NCBI GenBank assembly: GCA_030679985.1
Contig: JAUXSI010000028.1
Location: 1-61,738, forward strand
From: Candidatus Moraniibacteriota bacterium
Lineage (GTDB): Bacteria > Patescibacteriota > Minisyncoccia > Moranbacterales > UBA2206
Direction of reading: 5' to 3'
DNA: 61,738 bases
Under the pieces are notes generated by a model. The model made no database searches, was not told the origin of the DNA, and saw only the letters and a list, made by a program, of their open reading frames with translations. The number at the start of each line of letters is the position of its first letter. The first letter of the stretch is position 1. This document shows positions 29,834 through 40,061 of the stretch, one piece after another. Made by a program: the position numbers and the translations under genes.

Positions 29834-31129
29834 CTATCCGGATACGGAGCCGGCCGGATCATCCGGTTCCAAAACCGGATCAGCCTCAATTCCGACTTCC
29901 TCTTCGACAAGCTCTTCCGGTTCAGTCCCCGGACCGGCGGCATCGGTTTCCAGCGGCACCGTTCCATCTTCGCTTTCCCCAGAAATATCACTCTCGCCGT
30001 CATCCTCAGCCGGAATCACAGCGTCAGCGACAGCCAGCGGATCAATTTGGTTTGGATTTTGTTCCGACACAATGACATCCGCCTTGCCAGAATCCTCTTC
30101 TTTTTCCAATGATGTCTGCTCCGGTCCGGATTTATCCTCTTCTAATTTATTTTTCTTTCCGGGAGTCGGGACCGGATCGACCCAATTATCCGAACCATCC
30201 GAAATCCTGGCGAAAGATTTGCCTTCCGACGCCCTGCCTTTGTATTCATATGCATCAATCAAATCAGCGCCAGCGGAAATTTCCCCGGCATACAACCGCA
30301 CCGTGTCCCCGCCGGAATTATTCAAAGCGAAATCGGCATCGCCGTCGCGATAGACCACTAAGAATTTTTTGGGCTTGATAACGGTCGAGTCGGCATCGAT
30401 ATTATCCGGACTGATAACCAATTCGTGATCGTCATCGGAATCATAGAGAACCCAGCCATCGACATCCACATCTTCTTTGCCCCGGTTATATAGTTCCACC
30501 CATTCCCCCGCCGGCTGGGCGCCATTATCATCACCCTCCGGATTCGGTAAAAATTCATTCAGGACGATCCCGTTCCGTTTGAAAGAAACTTCGTCCGTGA
30601 TTTCTTCTTCATCCGTGAACCCTTCCCCGAACGGCAGATCATTTTCCATTTGCGAACCGGAAAATACGATCTTGAACCGGCAAGTTTCGTCCCGCAAATC
30701 TTCCGGGACATCCGGCCGGAAACTGATGCCGAACGACCATTTATCAATATCGGAAGAATCGACCGGACCGTATTGGAAACCGTCCAGCGAACCGGCATAT
30801 TCCGCGTCCTCACTCCTAGGGCCCGCTTCCAATTCCACATAATCACATAGCGGACCGGAAAGTCCGGCGCTGGCAACCTCATAGCGGAACGCTTCACCGC
30901 CATCCAAAACATTCACGTTCCGCGCCAAAACTTCTCCAGCCGGAATCGGTTCTTTGGTGAAACCGACCGGGGTCAATTTGAAATCTAATTTTCCAGCCGT
31001 AAAAGAATTGTTTTCCGATTTTTCACTGTCGACAAAAGACGCCCAAGCTCCGCCGACCAAAGAAAAGCCGACCCACACGAGAGCGGCGGACCAAACCAGC
31101 AGAAAGATTTTGAAAGCCGTTTTGCTCAT
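29834..31129 (-). CDS. SipW-signal protein with lamin-tail domain
   Basis: WASFVDSEKSENNSFTAGKLD; VLNEFLPNP...EWVELYN...LNNSGGDTVRL...PTPG. Confidence 0.8.
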   Translation of the reverse strand: MSKTAFKIFLLVWSAALVWVGFSLVGGAWASFVDSEKSENNSFTAGKLDFKLTPVGFTKEPIPAGEVLARNVNVLDGGEAFRYEVASAGLSGPLCDYVELEAGPRSEDAEYAGSLDGFQYGPVDSSDIDKWSFGISFRPDVPEDLRDETCRFKIVFSGSQMENDLPFGEGFTDEEEITDEVSFKRNGIVLNEFLPNPEGDDNGAQPAGEWVELYNRGKEDVDVDGWVLYDSDDDHELVISPDNIDADSTVIKPKKFLVVYRDGDADFALNNSGGDTVRLYAGEISAGADLIDAYEYKGRASEGKSFARISDGSDNWVDPVPTPGKKNKLEEDKSGPEQTSLEKEEDSGKADVIVSEQNPNQIDPLAVADAVIPAEDDGESDISGESEDGTVPLETDAAGPGTEPEELVEEEVGIEADPVLEPDDPAGSVSG

Positions 31130-31644
31130 ACGCTTTTTTCTTTTTCCCTTTTCATTTTTATAATCTCATCTTTGATTTTTTTAGCTTCATCAAAAATGAT
31201 CCACAGGGCCGGAATCACTACCAGCGCCACGAAGCCATAGGGCTGTTTGGCGGTATGCACGACATATCCCAGGTACGGGACCGTGAAAAAAACTTTGCCT
31301 AAAACATTTTCTTGGGGGATCTCACTGGAATCCTGTCCGTTATTGGCATCGCCCTTAGTGATAAAAGACGTCCGGCCGCCGGTACTTTTTATTTCCACGA
31401 TCCGATGGGTGATGACCAGCTTGGCAGATTTGGCGTCCGCGAAGCTTATCACGTCCCCGACCTGGTAGTCTCCCGGCCGGGTGGCCACGATGCTCCCGGT
31501 CTTAATCGCCGGTTCCATCGAACCCGATTGCACCACCATCACCTTGTAATTTCCGGGAATCGGAAAGGCCGAAACGACCAACAATATGATTACGATGCCT
31601 ATCGCGCCGAAAAAAAGATATTGGACAAATTTGAATATTTTCAT
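31126..31644 (-). CDS. sipW: Signal peptidase I, SipW type
   Basis: VQSGSMEP, ITHRIV, TKGDAN. Confidence 0.9.
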   Translation of the reverse strand: MKIFKFVQYLFFGAIGIVIILLVVSAFPIPGNYKVMVVQSGSMEPAIKTGSIVATRPGDYQVGDVISFADAKSAKLVITHRIVEIKSTGGRTSFITKGDANNGQDSSEIPQENVLGKVFFTVPYLGYVVHTAKQPYGFVALVVIPALWIIFDEAKKIKDEIIKMKREKEKSV

Positions 31645-31738
31645 ATTTTTAAAGCCTTACCATCCAGCCCTGGGACTAGGGCTGGAAAAAAAGCTTCAAA
31701 TCCTGATTATGCCGGACAAAAAATCCATTGGACTAGAT

Positions 31739-32470
31739 TTATGGAAAAATCTTGTCAGGATTATTGTCCGCTTGGACCACTTGCATAACCACTTTCCCCG
31801 AGATAGAATCGCTTTGCAAAATATTCCCTTCTCCTGCAGGCAGACTCCATTTTATTCCCAGGTAATATGTATTGGAAGCGACAATCTCTTCTGGCAAAAC
31901 GATCCAGCCCAAGGCATAGATATCGTCAGCGGATATGTCTTCCTCCAAGACGGATTCCACTCCATCCAGGATCTTGTCGCCCTCCTGCGGATCCAGCGCG
32001 CACGCCGGTTGGTTGGTCGGACACTGCCAGCCAGAAACGCCCCCTTCATCCATCCACAAAGTAAAGAGAAGTTTCTTGCCCAATTCACCCTGTCCGTTGC
32101 CTGGATCACCGCAGGTCGCATCCAATTTCGCTTCCGGTTCCGTGCAGGCGTTCTCCCAATTGAAGAGATTAGCCAGACTTATCCGCCCCCAAGCGTTATT
32201 GTTGTACACATGCCAGCTGATCGCTGCTGAGCGGCTGTCGCCCGGCTTCACGTCACATTCAGAAAAGAATGGCCGGTTGTCCACCAGATCCCTTTCAGAA
32301 AAAGAGCAGCCGACTTTATCGCATTGGTAATCGACTTTCAAGTCGATCTCGCCGGCGCTGAAAGTGTTACCGACACTCTCCTCCTGATCCCTGAAAAAAG
32401 ACATCGTTCCACCAATCAATACAACGCCTACTATCCCGATTACGCCCAGACTGAACAATATTTTTTTCAT
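31739..32470 (-). CDS. TasA/CalY-like protein
   Basis: GGTMSFFRDQEESVGNTFSAGEIDL, DVKPGD, N-x-x-Q-x-D. Confidence 0.8.
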   Translation of the reverse strand: MKKILFSLGVIGIVGVVLIGGTMSFFRDQEESVGNTFSAGEIDLKVDYQCDKVGCSFSERDLVDNRPFFSECDVKPGDSRSAAISWHVYNNNAWGRISLANLFNWENACTEPEAKLDATCGDPGNGQGELGKKLLFTLWMDEGGVSGWQCPTNQPACALDPQEGDKILDGVESVLEEDISADDIYALGWIVLPEEIVASNTYYLGIKWSLPAGEGNILQSDSISGKVVMQVVQADNNPDKIFP

Positions 32471-32525
32471 AATAATTTTCTATCCCTGCATCTTCCCGAA
32501 GAAAGATCGCGCGGGGATATGCAAA

Positions 32526-33146
32526 TTAATCCCCAGGTTGATTATATTCACCGATTGTAGGACAACCATCCGGATATTGGTTTCTCTCCTGCTGGGCATC
32601 AATAACCAAGTCCCCTGAGAATGAATCGGTTTGGACCGAATTATTCACAGTCGACGGAAGATTCCAACCGACTGCATATTTGTATGTCTGGCTTCCGACC
32701 AATTCTCCAAGTGAATAAATTCCACCTTCTGTGAATTTTCCGCTTGTAATCGCGGTTCCACCTTCATCATAGATGGTAAATATCATCTCATCATTCAACT
32801 CGCCATCGACATCAGCTACGCAACCAGGCTCGTCCTTCAATTCCGGCTCCGTGCAATCATTATCGGTATCCGTTTGGAATGTAATTTCAGCGAATCCGCA
32901 AGCATTATTATCTTCCACCGTTATATCGAATTTTTTCAAATCCGAATCTCCCGGCTTGATGTCGTCATAATCGAAGATCGGCGAAACCATCGTCTCGCCA
33001 TTGACATTGACGATCAGATCCAATTTTCCGGCTGTGAAAGTGTTGCCGTTGCTTTCCTCCGTGTCATTAAAATAGGCTCCGGTGGCGCCGATGATGATCG
33101 CGGCCGCCGCGAAGATGATCGCTGAACTTAAAAATATTTTTTTCAT
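32526..33146 (-). CDS. TasA/CalY-like protein
   Basis: GATGAYFNDTEESNGNTFTAGKLDL, DIKPGD, NSVQTD. Confidence 0.85.
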   Translation of the reverse strand: MKKIFLSSAIIFAAAAIIIGATGAYFNDTEESNGNTFTAGKLDLIVNVNGETMVSPIFDYDDIKPGDSDLKKFDITVEDNNACGFAEITFQTDTDNDCTEPELKDEPGCVADVDGELNDEMIFTIYDEGGTAITSGKFTEGGIYSLGELVGSQTYKYAVGWNLPSTVNNSVQTDSFSGDLVIDAQQERNQYPDGCPTIGEYNQPGD

Positions 33147-33290
33147 AGTTTTTTTTATTTGTTAGTTATCGCTTTTTAATTAATTGGTTATTTTTATTCC
33201 GCTCCGTTTATCGGAATAAAATTTTGAAACTTTAGGCAGTTTCCGCCTCGACCTTTAGTTTTATTAAAATAAAATTGTTTTCCCAAAAAT

Positions 33291-33341
33291 AAAAAACCGG
33301 CCCAAACGGAAAAGTCTTGCAACTTTTCGGTCTAAACCGGT
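33291..33341 (-). terminator. Riboswitch expression-platform terminator
   Basis: ACCGGTTTAGACCGAAAAGT...ACTTTTCCGTTTGGGCCGGT + TTTTT. Confidence 0.75.
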
Positions 33342-33433
33342 TTCGCCATTAAGCTCCCCGCACAAACATGAGCGACCAGGATACCCATTCATAAAAATCA
33401 TCCCGATGCGCGGATCACAGCTCTTTTAAATAT
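33331..33433 (-). promoter_or_regulatory. c-di-GMP-II-like riboswitch aptamer
   Basis: GC-TGTGA...GGAGC kink-turn, CTGG-TCGC / GCGA-AACC pseudoknot, P1 TTTAAA/TTTAGA. Confidence 0.65.
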
Positions 33434-33459
33434 GGCATTAAATTTTTCCTGGTATATCA

Positions 33460-33488
33460 ATTATAGCAAACGTTCAAAAACTAAGCAA
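33460..33488 (-). promoter_or_regulatory. Sigma70 promoter of tasA-like operon
   Basis: TTGCTT-17-TATAAT with TG extension. Confidence 0.7.
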
Positions 33489-33567
33489 ACTCTCGTAACG
33501 CTTCCGCCGGATATGAAAAAGGCTCTGCCGGTCTTGTTAGACTGGCAGAGCCTCGATCTTTCCTCCT

Positions 33568-34017
33568 TCATCCATTTGTGGCGCCTATCCGCGCACCGGC
33601 CGGTTTGCGCACAGATCCCGGATTCGTCTTCGCGCGTTTTTTCCTGGCGCGCTTTTTCCGCCTGATTCTTTTCGGCGTATCATCCGTCAGATACGAAACC
33701 AGATCTTTATCTCCCGGTTTTTGCGCCCCCCTGTCTATGGGCGCGATAATGACCCGCCGCTTATGGACTTCCTTCACCGCACGGGCATCTTCCTCTTCCT
33801 GGCTGCCCAGAAGGATCGCGATAACCACAGTGGCGCCGTATTTTTCCAGCAGGCCAAGCGCTTCGGAAGGCGAGTCCGTCACTATGACATCCGCTTCCTC
33901 CGGCCTGTCCACCACCAAACGGCAATCGCTGGCGCTGATTATCCGCCTGAGCTCGCGTCCGATCGGATTTTCATCCCCCCTATTCCCGATTGAAACAAAA
34001 AATCTTTTTTCCGTCAT
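33568..34017 (-). CDS. Hypothetical protein
   Basis: GGGAGG SD; basic C-terminus. Confidence 0.6.
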   Translation of the reverse strand: MTEKRFFVSIGNRGDENPIGRELRRIISASDCRLVVDRPEEADVIVTDSPSEALGLLEKYGATVVIAILLGSQEEEDARAVKEVHKRRVIIAPIDRGAQKPGDKDLVSYLTDDTPKRIRRKKRARKKRAKTNPGSVRKPAGARIGATNG

Positions 34018-34288
34018 CCATCCTCCCGGATATAGTATGATTTGAATTTAAAAAAACATCCCGACTGAGACATCCATTATACCCTTTCTGGCAAAAAACT
34101 TCAACCGGCTGTTTTTGAGACTTTATCAGGCATCACCCCGCTTTGTTGGCCCGGATCAGAAGCCGGCCTTTTCGCGCGAAAATAAGATCCGCCGGAACAG
34201 GTTTCCCGTCCGGCGGCTGGCGATTGTTTTGAATTTCTCCGGTAATTTTCCACCGGTATCCCGGGAGCGCACCCAAGTCTTGGACCAT

Positions 34289-34738
34289 TCAGACGAGCGT
34301 GAATATCCGATCATTGTCGGATAGTATCATCTGATTGACGCTTCCATCGCTATCGATCACCAGTGGTGAGCCCTCGATGATCTTGAGCTCATAATCCCGG
34401 GCAATTTCCTCTATGACATTCCTGTGCTCGGCAGGAATACTGATTACCACCCATAGCGCGCCCAACCACCCGGCTAAGCGCAAACTGAAAAGATTCCCAT
34501 ATCCTCCCATATATCTGAGAATGTCCGGCTTGATTTTCGTCAACATCCCGACATAATGGAGAAACTTTTCATCTTCCAAAAACCGTCCGAATTGCCCATC
34601 CTCTTCCAACTTTTCCATCGCGTAATCTCCTCTCATTGCGCCTGGGTTGATAGTTCGCAAGGAAAAACCGATTGGCACAAGACGCGCCGAATCCGCTAGT
34701 CCTTGAAGTGGTTTCAGATATTTATCCCATATTAACAT
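34289..34738 (-). CDS. Hypothetical protein (start uncertain)
   Basis: ORF with plausible composition; first ATG used. Confidence 0.5.
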   Translation of the reverse strand: MLIWDKYLKPLQGLADSARLVPIGFSLRTINPGAMRGDYAMEKLEEDGQFGRFLEDEKFLHYVGMLTKIKPDILRYMGGYGNLFSLRLAGWLGALWVVISIPAEHRNVIEEIARDYELKIIEGSPLVIDSDGSVNQMILSDNDRIFTLV

Positions 34739-34840
34739 ATCGGCATCTTGTCCGAAACCCCCGGTTGGCAAAATATCCGGCCTGAAACAACCCCGGTCGG
34801 AGGATGTATTATTCAACGCGACCAACTAAAAGACAAACTT

Positions 34841-35434
34841 ATGCCGACAAACGACAACTGCGAAAATTCCATCACTATCGCCTGGCACAGACCCGACTTC
34901 AAGGAGAAGTTGTTTTTCTTGACGTCCGGTATGGTTATGAGCATCCCTTTTACTCTGTTGACCGAATCATCCGCCTCCCAGCTATTGCTGGAATCCGGCT
35001 TGCCGATTTTTTATGCCCAATTTTTTTCAATCGCCCTGATCGCCCCGGTCTTGGAAGAATTCGCCAAGGCCTATCCTTTGTTCTACCGCCACGGCGAAAC
35101 GGAAAAATCCATCGTCACCCTGGGGTTCTATGCCGGCTTGGGTTTCGGCCTGGTGGAATTCATATTTTTCATATTCTATTTCGGCGCACCGATCGTGCCA
35201 CGCGCTTCAGCCGTCCTGTTCCACGCGGCAAACACTTCCATCATGGCTTACGGCATCGCCAAGAAAGAGCCTTGGAAATTTTATGCCCTGCCAGTCGCCC
35301 TGCATCTGGTCAATAACTCGCTGGCGCTTTCCGGAACAGCCCGGCCCCATCTGATCGCTTCGGTGCTTTTAGTCTCCTATGTGTTGGCGGCCGTCCTCCA
35401 CCTCAAAGCTTCCGACAAAATAATCAAGTATTGA
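34841..35434 (+). CDS. PrsW-family intramembrane protease
   Basis: APVLEEFAK, GLGFGLVE, FH, LHLVNN. Confidence 0.8.
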   Translation: MPTNDNCENSITIAWHRPDFKEKLFFLTSGMVMSIPFTLLTESSASQLLLESGLPIFYAQFFSIALIAPVLEEFAKAYPLFYRHGETEKSIVTLGFYAGLGFGLVEFIFFIFYFGAPIVPRASAVLFHAANTSIMAYGIAKKEPWKFYALPVALHLVNNSLALSGTARPHLIASVLLVSYVLAAVLHLKASDKIIKY

Positions 35435-35456
35435 AACCGCGCGGACGGCGATATTT

Positions 35457-36257
35457 TCAGCGTCGCCGGATAACGAACGCGGCGGCAAAAACCGCCAGCA
35501 TCACCAGGACGATGGCGCCGCCAGCCGCCAGATCAAAATAGAAGGAGGCCAAGATTCCCGCGATGACGGAAAAAAGCGAAACGGCTTCGGCATAGATAAT
35601 GGTCCGGGCGAAACTTTTCTTGAATTGGAGCGCCGTCACCACCGGAATGACGATGAGAGCTGAGATAAGAAGCACTCCGACGATCGGAATGGCCAGCGCC
35701 ACAGTCAAAGCGGCCAGGACCATCAGGACGGAATTGACCAAACGCGTCGGGACGCCGCTAATCTTGGCCGCTTCTTCGTCGAAAGTTACATAGACCAGTT
35801 GTTTATAAAAAATCCCCAGGATCAGGATCACCACGAGCGCCAAAATAAAAATCATCCGCACGTCGGCTGCCGATACGGTCACGATGCTTCCGAACAGATA
35901 ATTGAGCAAGCTGGCATTGAAACCGTCGGCCAGACCCAGGATGACGACTGCGAAAGCCAGGCTGCCGGAAAGGAAGATGGCCAGCGCCGACTCGCCGAAA
36001 AGCCGCTTGGAACTGCGCAATTTTTCGATGCCTAGGGAAGCGGCGACGGCGGTGCCGATGGCCGTCAGTACGGGGTTTATTCCCGACAGCAAACCGATCG
36101 CGATACCCGCCAACGAAACATGGGCCAGCGTATCCGCGATCAGCGAATAACGCCTCAGCACTAAAAAAATCCCGATGAGCGGCGCGATTATGGCGACGAT
36201 AACGCCAGCTTCGAGCCCCCGCACTATGAAACCGTATTGGAAAATATTCTCAAACAT
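35457..36257 (-). CDS. znuB: Zn/Mn ABC transporter permease
   Basis: DTLAHVSLAG, YLFGSI, VGVLLISAL. Confidence 0.9.
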   Translation of the reverse strand: MFENIFQYGFIVRGLEAGVIVAIIAPLIGIFLVLRRYSLIADTLAHVSLAGIAIGLLSGINPVLTAIGTAVAASLGIEKLRSSKRLFGESALAIFLSGSLAFAVVILGLADGFNASLLNYLFGSIVTVSAADVRMIFILALVVILILGIFYKQLVYVTFDEEAAKISGVPTRLVNSVLMVLAALTVALAIPIVGVLLISALIVIPVVTALQFKKSFARTIIYAEAVSLFSVIAGILASFYFDLAAGGAIVLVMLAVFAAAFVIRRR

Positions 36258-36258
36258 T

Positions 36259-37041
36259 TTAATTGTGATGATGATGGGTTAGAATTTTGACTTTTTTGCC
36301 TCCGATATCCGACGACTCGCTTTCAGCCAAATATTCTTCCGGCGAAATATGGCAAGTCAGCGTCTTATCGACGCAGGCGATATGCATAACTTCCTGCGTC
36401 AAACGCCGGATATCGTGGGACACCAGTACTAATGTCAGTCCCGCCTCCTGGTTGAGTTTTTGCAACAGCGCAAAAAAGCTGTCTTTAGCTTCCCTGTCCA
36501 CGGCGGCCGTCGGTTCATCCAGAAAAATAACTTCGGGCCGGTTGACCAAGGCCCGGGCGATGAACACCCGCTGTTGTTGCCCGCCGGACAAATCGCCGAT
36601 CAGCCGGTCTTTGAATTCCCGCATATCGACTTTTTCAAGCGCGTCCAGGACCGCTTTCTTATCCGCCTCCGTAGTGCGCTGAAATAAACGCTTGCCGGCA
36701 CACCGACCCATCAGCACCACTTCGAAAACGCTGGCGGGAAAATTGGCATCGAAATTGGCCAGCTTCTGCGGCACATAGCCGATCTTATGCCACTCTTCAA
36801 AATCCCGCATATCCTGGCCGAACAGCCTGACCGAACCTTGATGCGGGACAAGGAGATTGAGCATCACTTTGAGCAAAGTCGTCTTGCCAGCGCCGTTGGG
36901 ACCTACCAGGCCGATGTAATCGCCTTGATGGATCGCCAAAGTGATGTTTTGCAAAACATCTTCCCGGCCGTCATACGAAAAAGAAACGTCCGCCACCTCG
37001 ATGATGTTTTTACTATGGTCGACTTTATTGGATTCTTCCAT
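36259..37041 (-). CDS. znuC: Zn/Mn ABC transporter ATPase
   Basis: GPNGAGKTT, IGYVPQ, LSGGQQQR, His tail. Confidence 0.9.
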   Translation of the reverse strand: MEESNKVDHSKNIIEVADVSFSYDGREDVLQNITLAIHQGDYIGLVGPNGAGKTTLLKVMLNLLVPHQGSVRLFGQDMRDFEEWHKIGYVPQKLANFDANFPASVFEVVLMGRCAGKRLFQRTTEADKKAVLDALEKVDMREFKDRLIGDLSGGQQQRVFIARALVNRPEVIFLDEPTAAVDREAKDSFFALLQKLNQEAGLTLVLVSHDIRRLTQEVMHIACVDKTLTCHISPEEYLAESESSDIGGKKVKILTHHHHN

Positions 37042-37082
37042 TTGCTAAAATTATGGTTTATGATCCGCTTAGAAAAAAGTTC

Positions 37083-38024
37083 CTACTTTGAACACTCCAG
37101 CGCGGTCTGCAGATTGGCCAGATTTTCCCGCATAACGGTAAAATAATCCTTGCCTTGGGACAACTCTTCTTCATCGAGCCCTTCGATCGGATTAAGCACC
37201 AGCGTCTGGGCGCCGACTTCATCGGCAATCGTCTGGGAAAGCTTGGGACTCGCCAGGCTTTCAAAAAATATATATCTGACTCCGTTGTCCCGGGCGAAGC
37301 GGGAAATCCCAGCCAAGTCCCGCAAGGAAGGTTCGGCATCGGGAGACAGACCGGCGATCGCCACTTGGTTGAAACCATAGGCCGCGGCCAAATAGCTGAA
37401 AGCGTTATGGGCGGTGATGATATTTTTTCCCGCGCAATCCCCCAAGCCCTGGCGATATTCCTGATCCAATCCGTCTAACCGGGATTTGAGAACCTCCGCG
37501 TTGGAAACATAATAATCCGCGTTCTCCGGATCGGCCTGCTGGAAACCTTGCGCGATCTTGTCAGTCATCTGCCAGACCAGCACTGGATCAAGCCAGATAT
37601 GGGGATCCGTTTTCATCTGCCCATCCCGTTCCATCTGCCGCGTAGCCAAACCCTCTCCCGCCCGGATGATCGTCGTTTTGCCGGCATCGATATTTTTTTC
37701 GATATCCTTCCCCCAAGCTTCCAGGCCGGCGCCGTTCAAAATAATGAGCCGGCTATTTTCCATCTTCGCCATATCCCGGGCGGTCGGTTCATATTCGTGC
37801 GGCTCCGCTCCAGCCGGCACGATACCGGATACGGCCGCCCGGCCGCCCCCGATTTCGCTGGCTATGAAATAGAGCGGATAGAAACTGGCGACTACCTCGA
37901 TTTTTTCCGTCGCGACATCCCCGGAAGGCTGCCCGCCATTCCTAGCTGACAAAAAAAACGCTCCGGAAACGGCCAGTCCGAGAATAATAAAAATAATGGC
38001 GATGTTTTTTTTCATATTTTTCAT
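37083..38024 (-). CDS. znuA: Zn ABC transporter substrate-binding protein
   Basis: EPHEYEP, DPHIW, HNAFSY, E ligands. Confidence 0.9.
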   Translation of the reverse strand: MKNMKKNIAIIFIILGLAVSGAFFLSARNGGQPSGDVATEKIEVVASFYPLYFIASEIGGGRAAVSGIVPAGAEPHEYEPTARDMAKMENSRLIILNGAGLEAWGKDIEKNIDAGKTTIIRAGEGLATRQMERDGQMKTDPHIWLDPVLVWQMTDKIAQGFQQADPENADYYVSNAEVLKSRLDGLDQEYRQGLGDCAGKNIITAHNAFSYLAAAYGFNQVAIAGLSPDAEPSLRDLAGISRFARDNGVRYIFFESLASPKLSQTIADEVGAQTLVLNPIEGLDEEELSQGKDYFTVMRENLANLQTALECSK

Positions 38025-38443
38025 TTGCATTTCCGGCACAAGCCATAAAATTCCAAGGAATGGGCCAAGACCTTGAATTTCGCTTTTTTATAAATCCTGT
38101 CTTCCTGCCGTTTCAGATGGTTTCCCATAACGATCTCTTGCACGCTGTCGCATTTGGTACAGACCAGATGGTGATGATGTTCCGGCGACACTATTTCATA
38201 ATATGTTTTACGGTCGGCAATCCGGATTTCTTTGATAATGTTTTTTTCAAGCAAAAAACCCAACTCACGATAGACGGTGGTGCGGTCGGCCGCCAAGCCG
38301 GACGCTGACAGGCGCGCTCGGATTTCCGAAGCGGAAAGGAGGCATTTCTCCGCAAACAGAATCACGACCATCGCTTTGCGTATCTTGGTGAGGCGATGGC
38401 CGTCCCGTTTAATTTTTTCAAATATATTATCGATGTCCCGCAT
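38021..38443 (-). CDS. zur: Fur-family regulator (Zur-like)
   Basis: TTVYR, HHHHLVCTKC, GLCRKC; heads the znu operon. Confidence 0.85.
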   Translation of the reverse strand: MRDIDNIFEKIKRDGHRLTKIRKAMVVILFAEKCLLSASEIRARLSASGLAADRTTVYRELGFLLEKNIIKEIRIADRKTYYEIVSPEHHHHLVCTKCDSVQEIVMGNHLKRQEDRIYKKAKFKVLAHSLEFYGLCRKCK

Positions 38444-38448
38444 ATTAA

Positions 38449-38471
38449 TTATTGCAACATTGTTGCAATAA
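38449..38471. promoter_or_regulatory. Putative Zur operator
   Basis: Perfect 11-1-11 palindrome TTATTGCAACA-T-TGTTGCAATAA abutting the -10 of TTGACA-17-TATAGT (38471-38499). Confidence 0.8.
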
Positions 38472-38568
38472 CTATATCGCGACCAGTCCTGCCTGTCAAG
38501 GAAATATGGTCAAAAAACAAGCGGGACAATGACAGCCGCCCGCCTGTTTTTTTGACCGGATCGGTTTT

Positions 38569-38676
38569 TTACATATCGACTATAGTCTTGAATCCCCCGT
38601 AAGCCATCCGGCGCTCATCGAACGGCATCGATTTGTCCTTGTTTTTCGGATCGGACATAAATTCTTTCATCGCCAT
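38569..38676 (-). pseudogene. C-terminal fragment of a DUF1428 gene (35 aa)
   Basis: MAMKEFMSDPKNKDKSMPFDERRMAYGGFKTIVDM matches PFDMERMAYGGF in 61529-61738. Confidence 0.7.
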
Positions 38677-38823
38677 ATTTTATTCTAATACAATCCGGGG
38701 GAAGTTTATTTTTCACTTCGCCGGACGCCGGCAGGAATATCCGAGACCGTAGGATGGTAATACTTCATAACCTGCCGCGCTGGAAATACGCGCGTCAGCG
38801 ACGCTAAATCATAACTAAAAAAT

Positions 38824-39972
38824 ATGGACAAAAAAACACGGATGAAAACCATCCTCATAATACTGGCGGCAATCCTGGTTCCGGCCTGGGTGTCGGCGGC
38901 AACGGTCTGGGGAGGTAAAGAATTCACACTAGGGAAAAACGAAACTATCGATGATAACCTCTATGTCGGCGCGAGCGACGTGACGGTTTCCGGCGAAGTG
39001 AAAAATGACCTGCTGGCGGCCGGAGGGATCGTTCTGCTGACCGGCACCGTAGGCGAGGACGCGACACTGGCGGGAGGCAACGTGGATGTCCTGGGTGAAG
39101 TGCGGGGAGACTTGCGCCTGGCCGGAGGCCAATTGACCATAGGCAAGAATGTGGGCGGAGATTTGGCAATGGCCGGAGGAAACGCACAGGTGTTGCCTGA
39201 GGTTACCGTGGGAAAGGATATGCTGATCGGCGCTGGCAATGCCGTACTGTCAGGCACGGTCAATGGCGATGTCCGCGGAGGTGGCGGGACCGTCACTATA
39301 AACGGCACCGTCCATGGCGACGTGATTTTGGATGTTTCCCAAAAGTTGATCTTGGGACGGAACGCCATCCTGGAAGGCGATTTGCAATACCGCTCTCCGA
39401 TCAAAGCGGAAATCGCGGAAGGCGCCGCGATACAAGGCGAGATCACCTATGTTCCCTTGCGGATGAAAAACGGAACGGATGGAGGCCGGCAGACGCTGGC
39501 CGGAGCCATAAATTTTTTCCATCTGTCCAGTCTGGCGGCCGCACTGATCGTCGGCCTGGTTTTGGCGCTCTATTTCAAGCCTGGCTTGGATGGAATGATG
39601 CGTACGATCTCCGCCGGATTCGGCCAGGAATTGGTCCGGGGACTGGTGGTCGCCGTGGTGTCGCCAATCGCCATCCTTATCCTTTTTGCGACCATCATCG
39701 GCTGGATTGCCGGCTTAACCGCCCTATTGGCCTATCTTATCCTGTTGATTATCAGCAACGTCTTGGCCGGCCTGATTTTCGGAAGCCTGCTTGCGAAATA
39801 TTGGTATAAAAAAGGCGTGGCTGAAGTGACTTGGAAAAACGCGCTTGGCGGCATCATCATTCTCGCGATCCTGGGCTACATCCCGCTTATCGGCTGGCTA
39901 GCGTGGCTAGTCTTCTTCCTGGTGGCATTGGGAGTGCTCAGTAGCAAGTTTTGGCAAAAAATAAAAAGCTGA
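38824..39972 (+). CDS. Bactofilin-like beta-helix membrane protein
   Basis: Signal peptide, repeated GxVxGD(L/V)xxxGG units, C-terminal TM bundle. Confidence 0.75.
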   Translation: MDKKTRMKTILIILAAILVPAWVSAATVWGGKEFTLGKNETIDDNLYVGASDVTVSGEVKNDLLAAGGIVLLTGTVGEDATLAGGNVDVLGEVRGDLRLAGGQLTIGKNVGGDLAMAGGNAQVLPEVTVGKDMLIGAGNAVLSGTVNGDVRGGGGTVTINGTVHGDVILDVSQKLILGRNAILEGDLQYRSPIKAEIAEGAAIQGEITYVPLRMKNGTDGGRQTLAGAINFFHLSSLAAALIVGLVLALYFKPGLDGMMRTISAGFGQELVRGLVVAVVSPIAILILFATIIGWIAGLTALLAYLILLIISNVLAGLIFGSLLAKYWYKKGVAEVTWKNALGGIIILAILGYIPLIGWLAWLVFFLVALGVLSSKFWQKIKS

Positions 39973-40061
39973 CGGATTGCCAGCCGGAACCTGCGGAATG
40001 ACCCGGGCCGGAACGGATGACGCTATTTTCGCCTCCTATAATATATAAAGACTCCGGCCGC

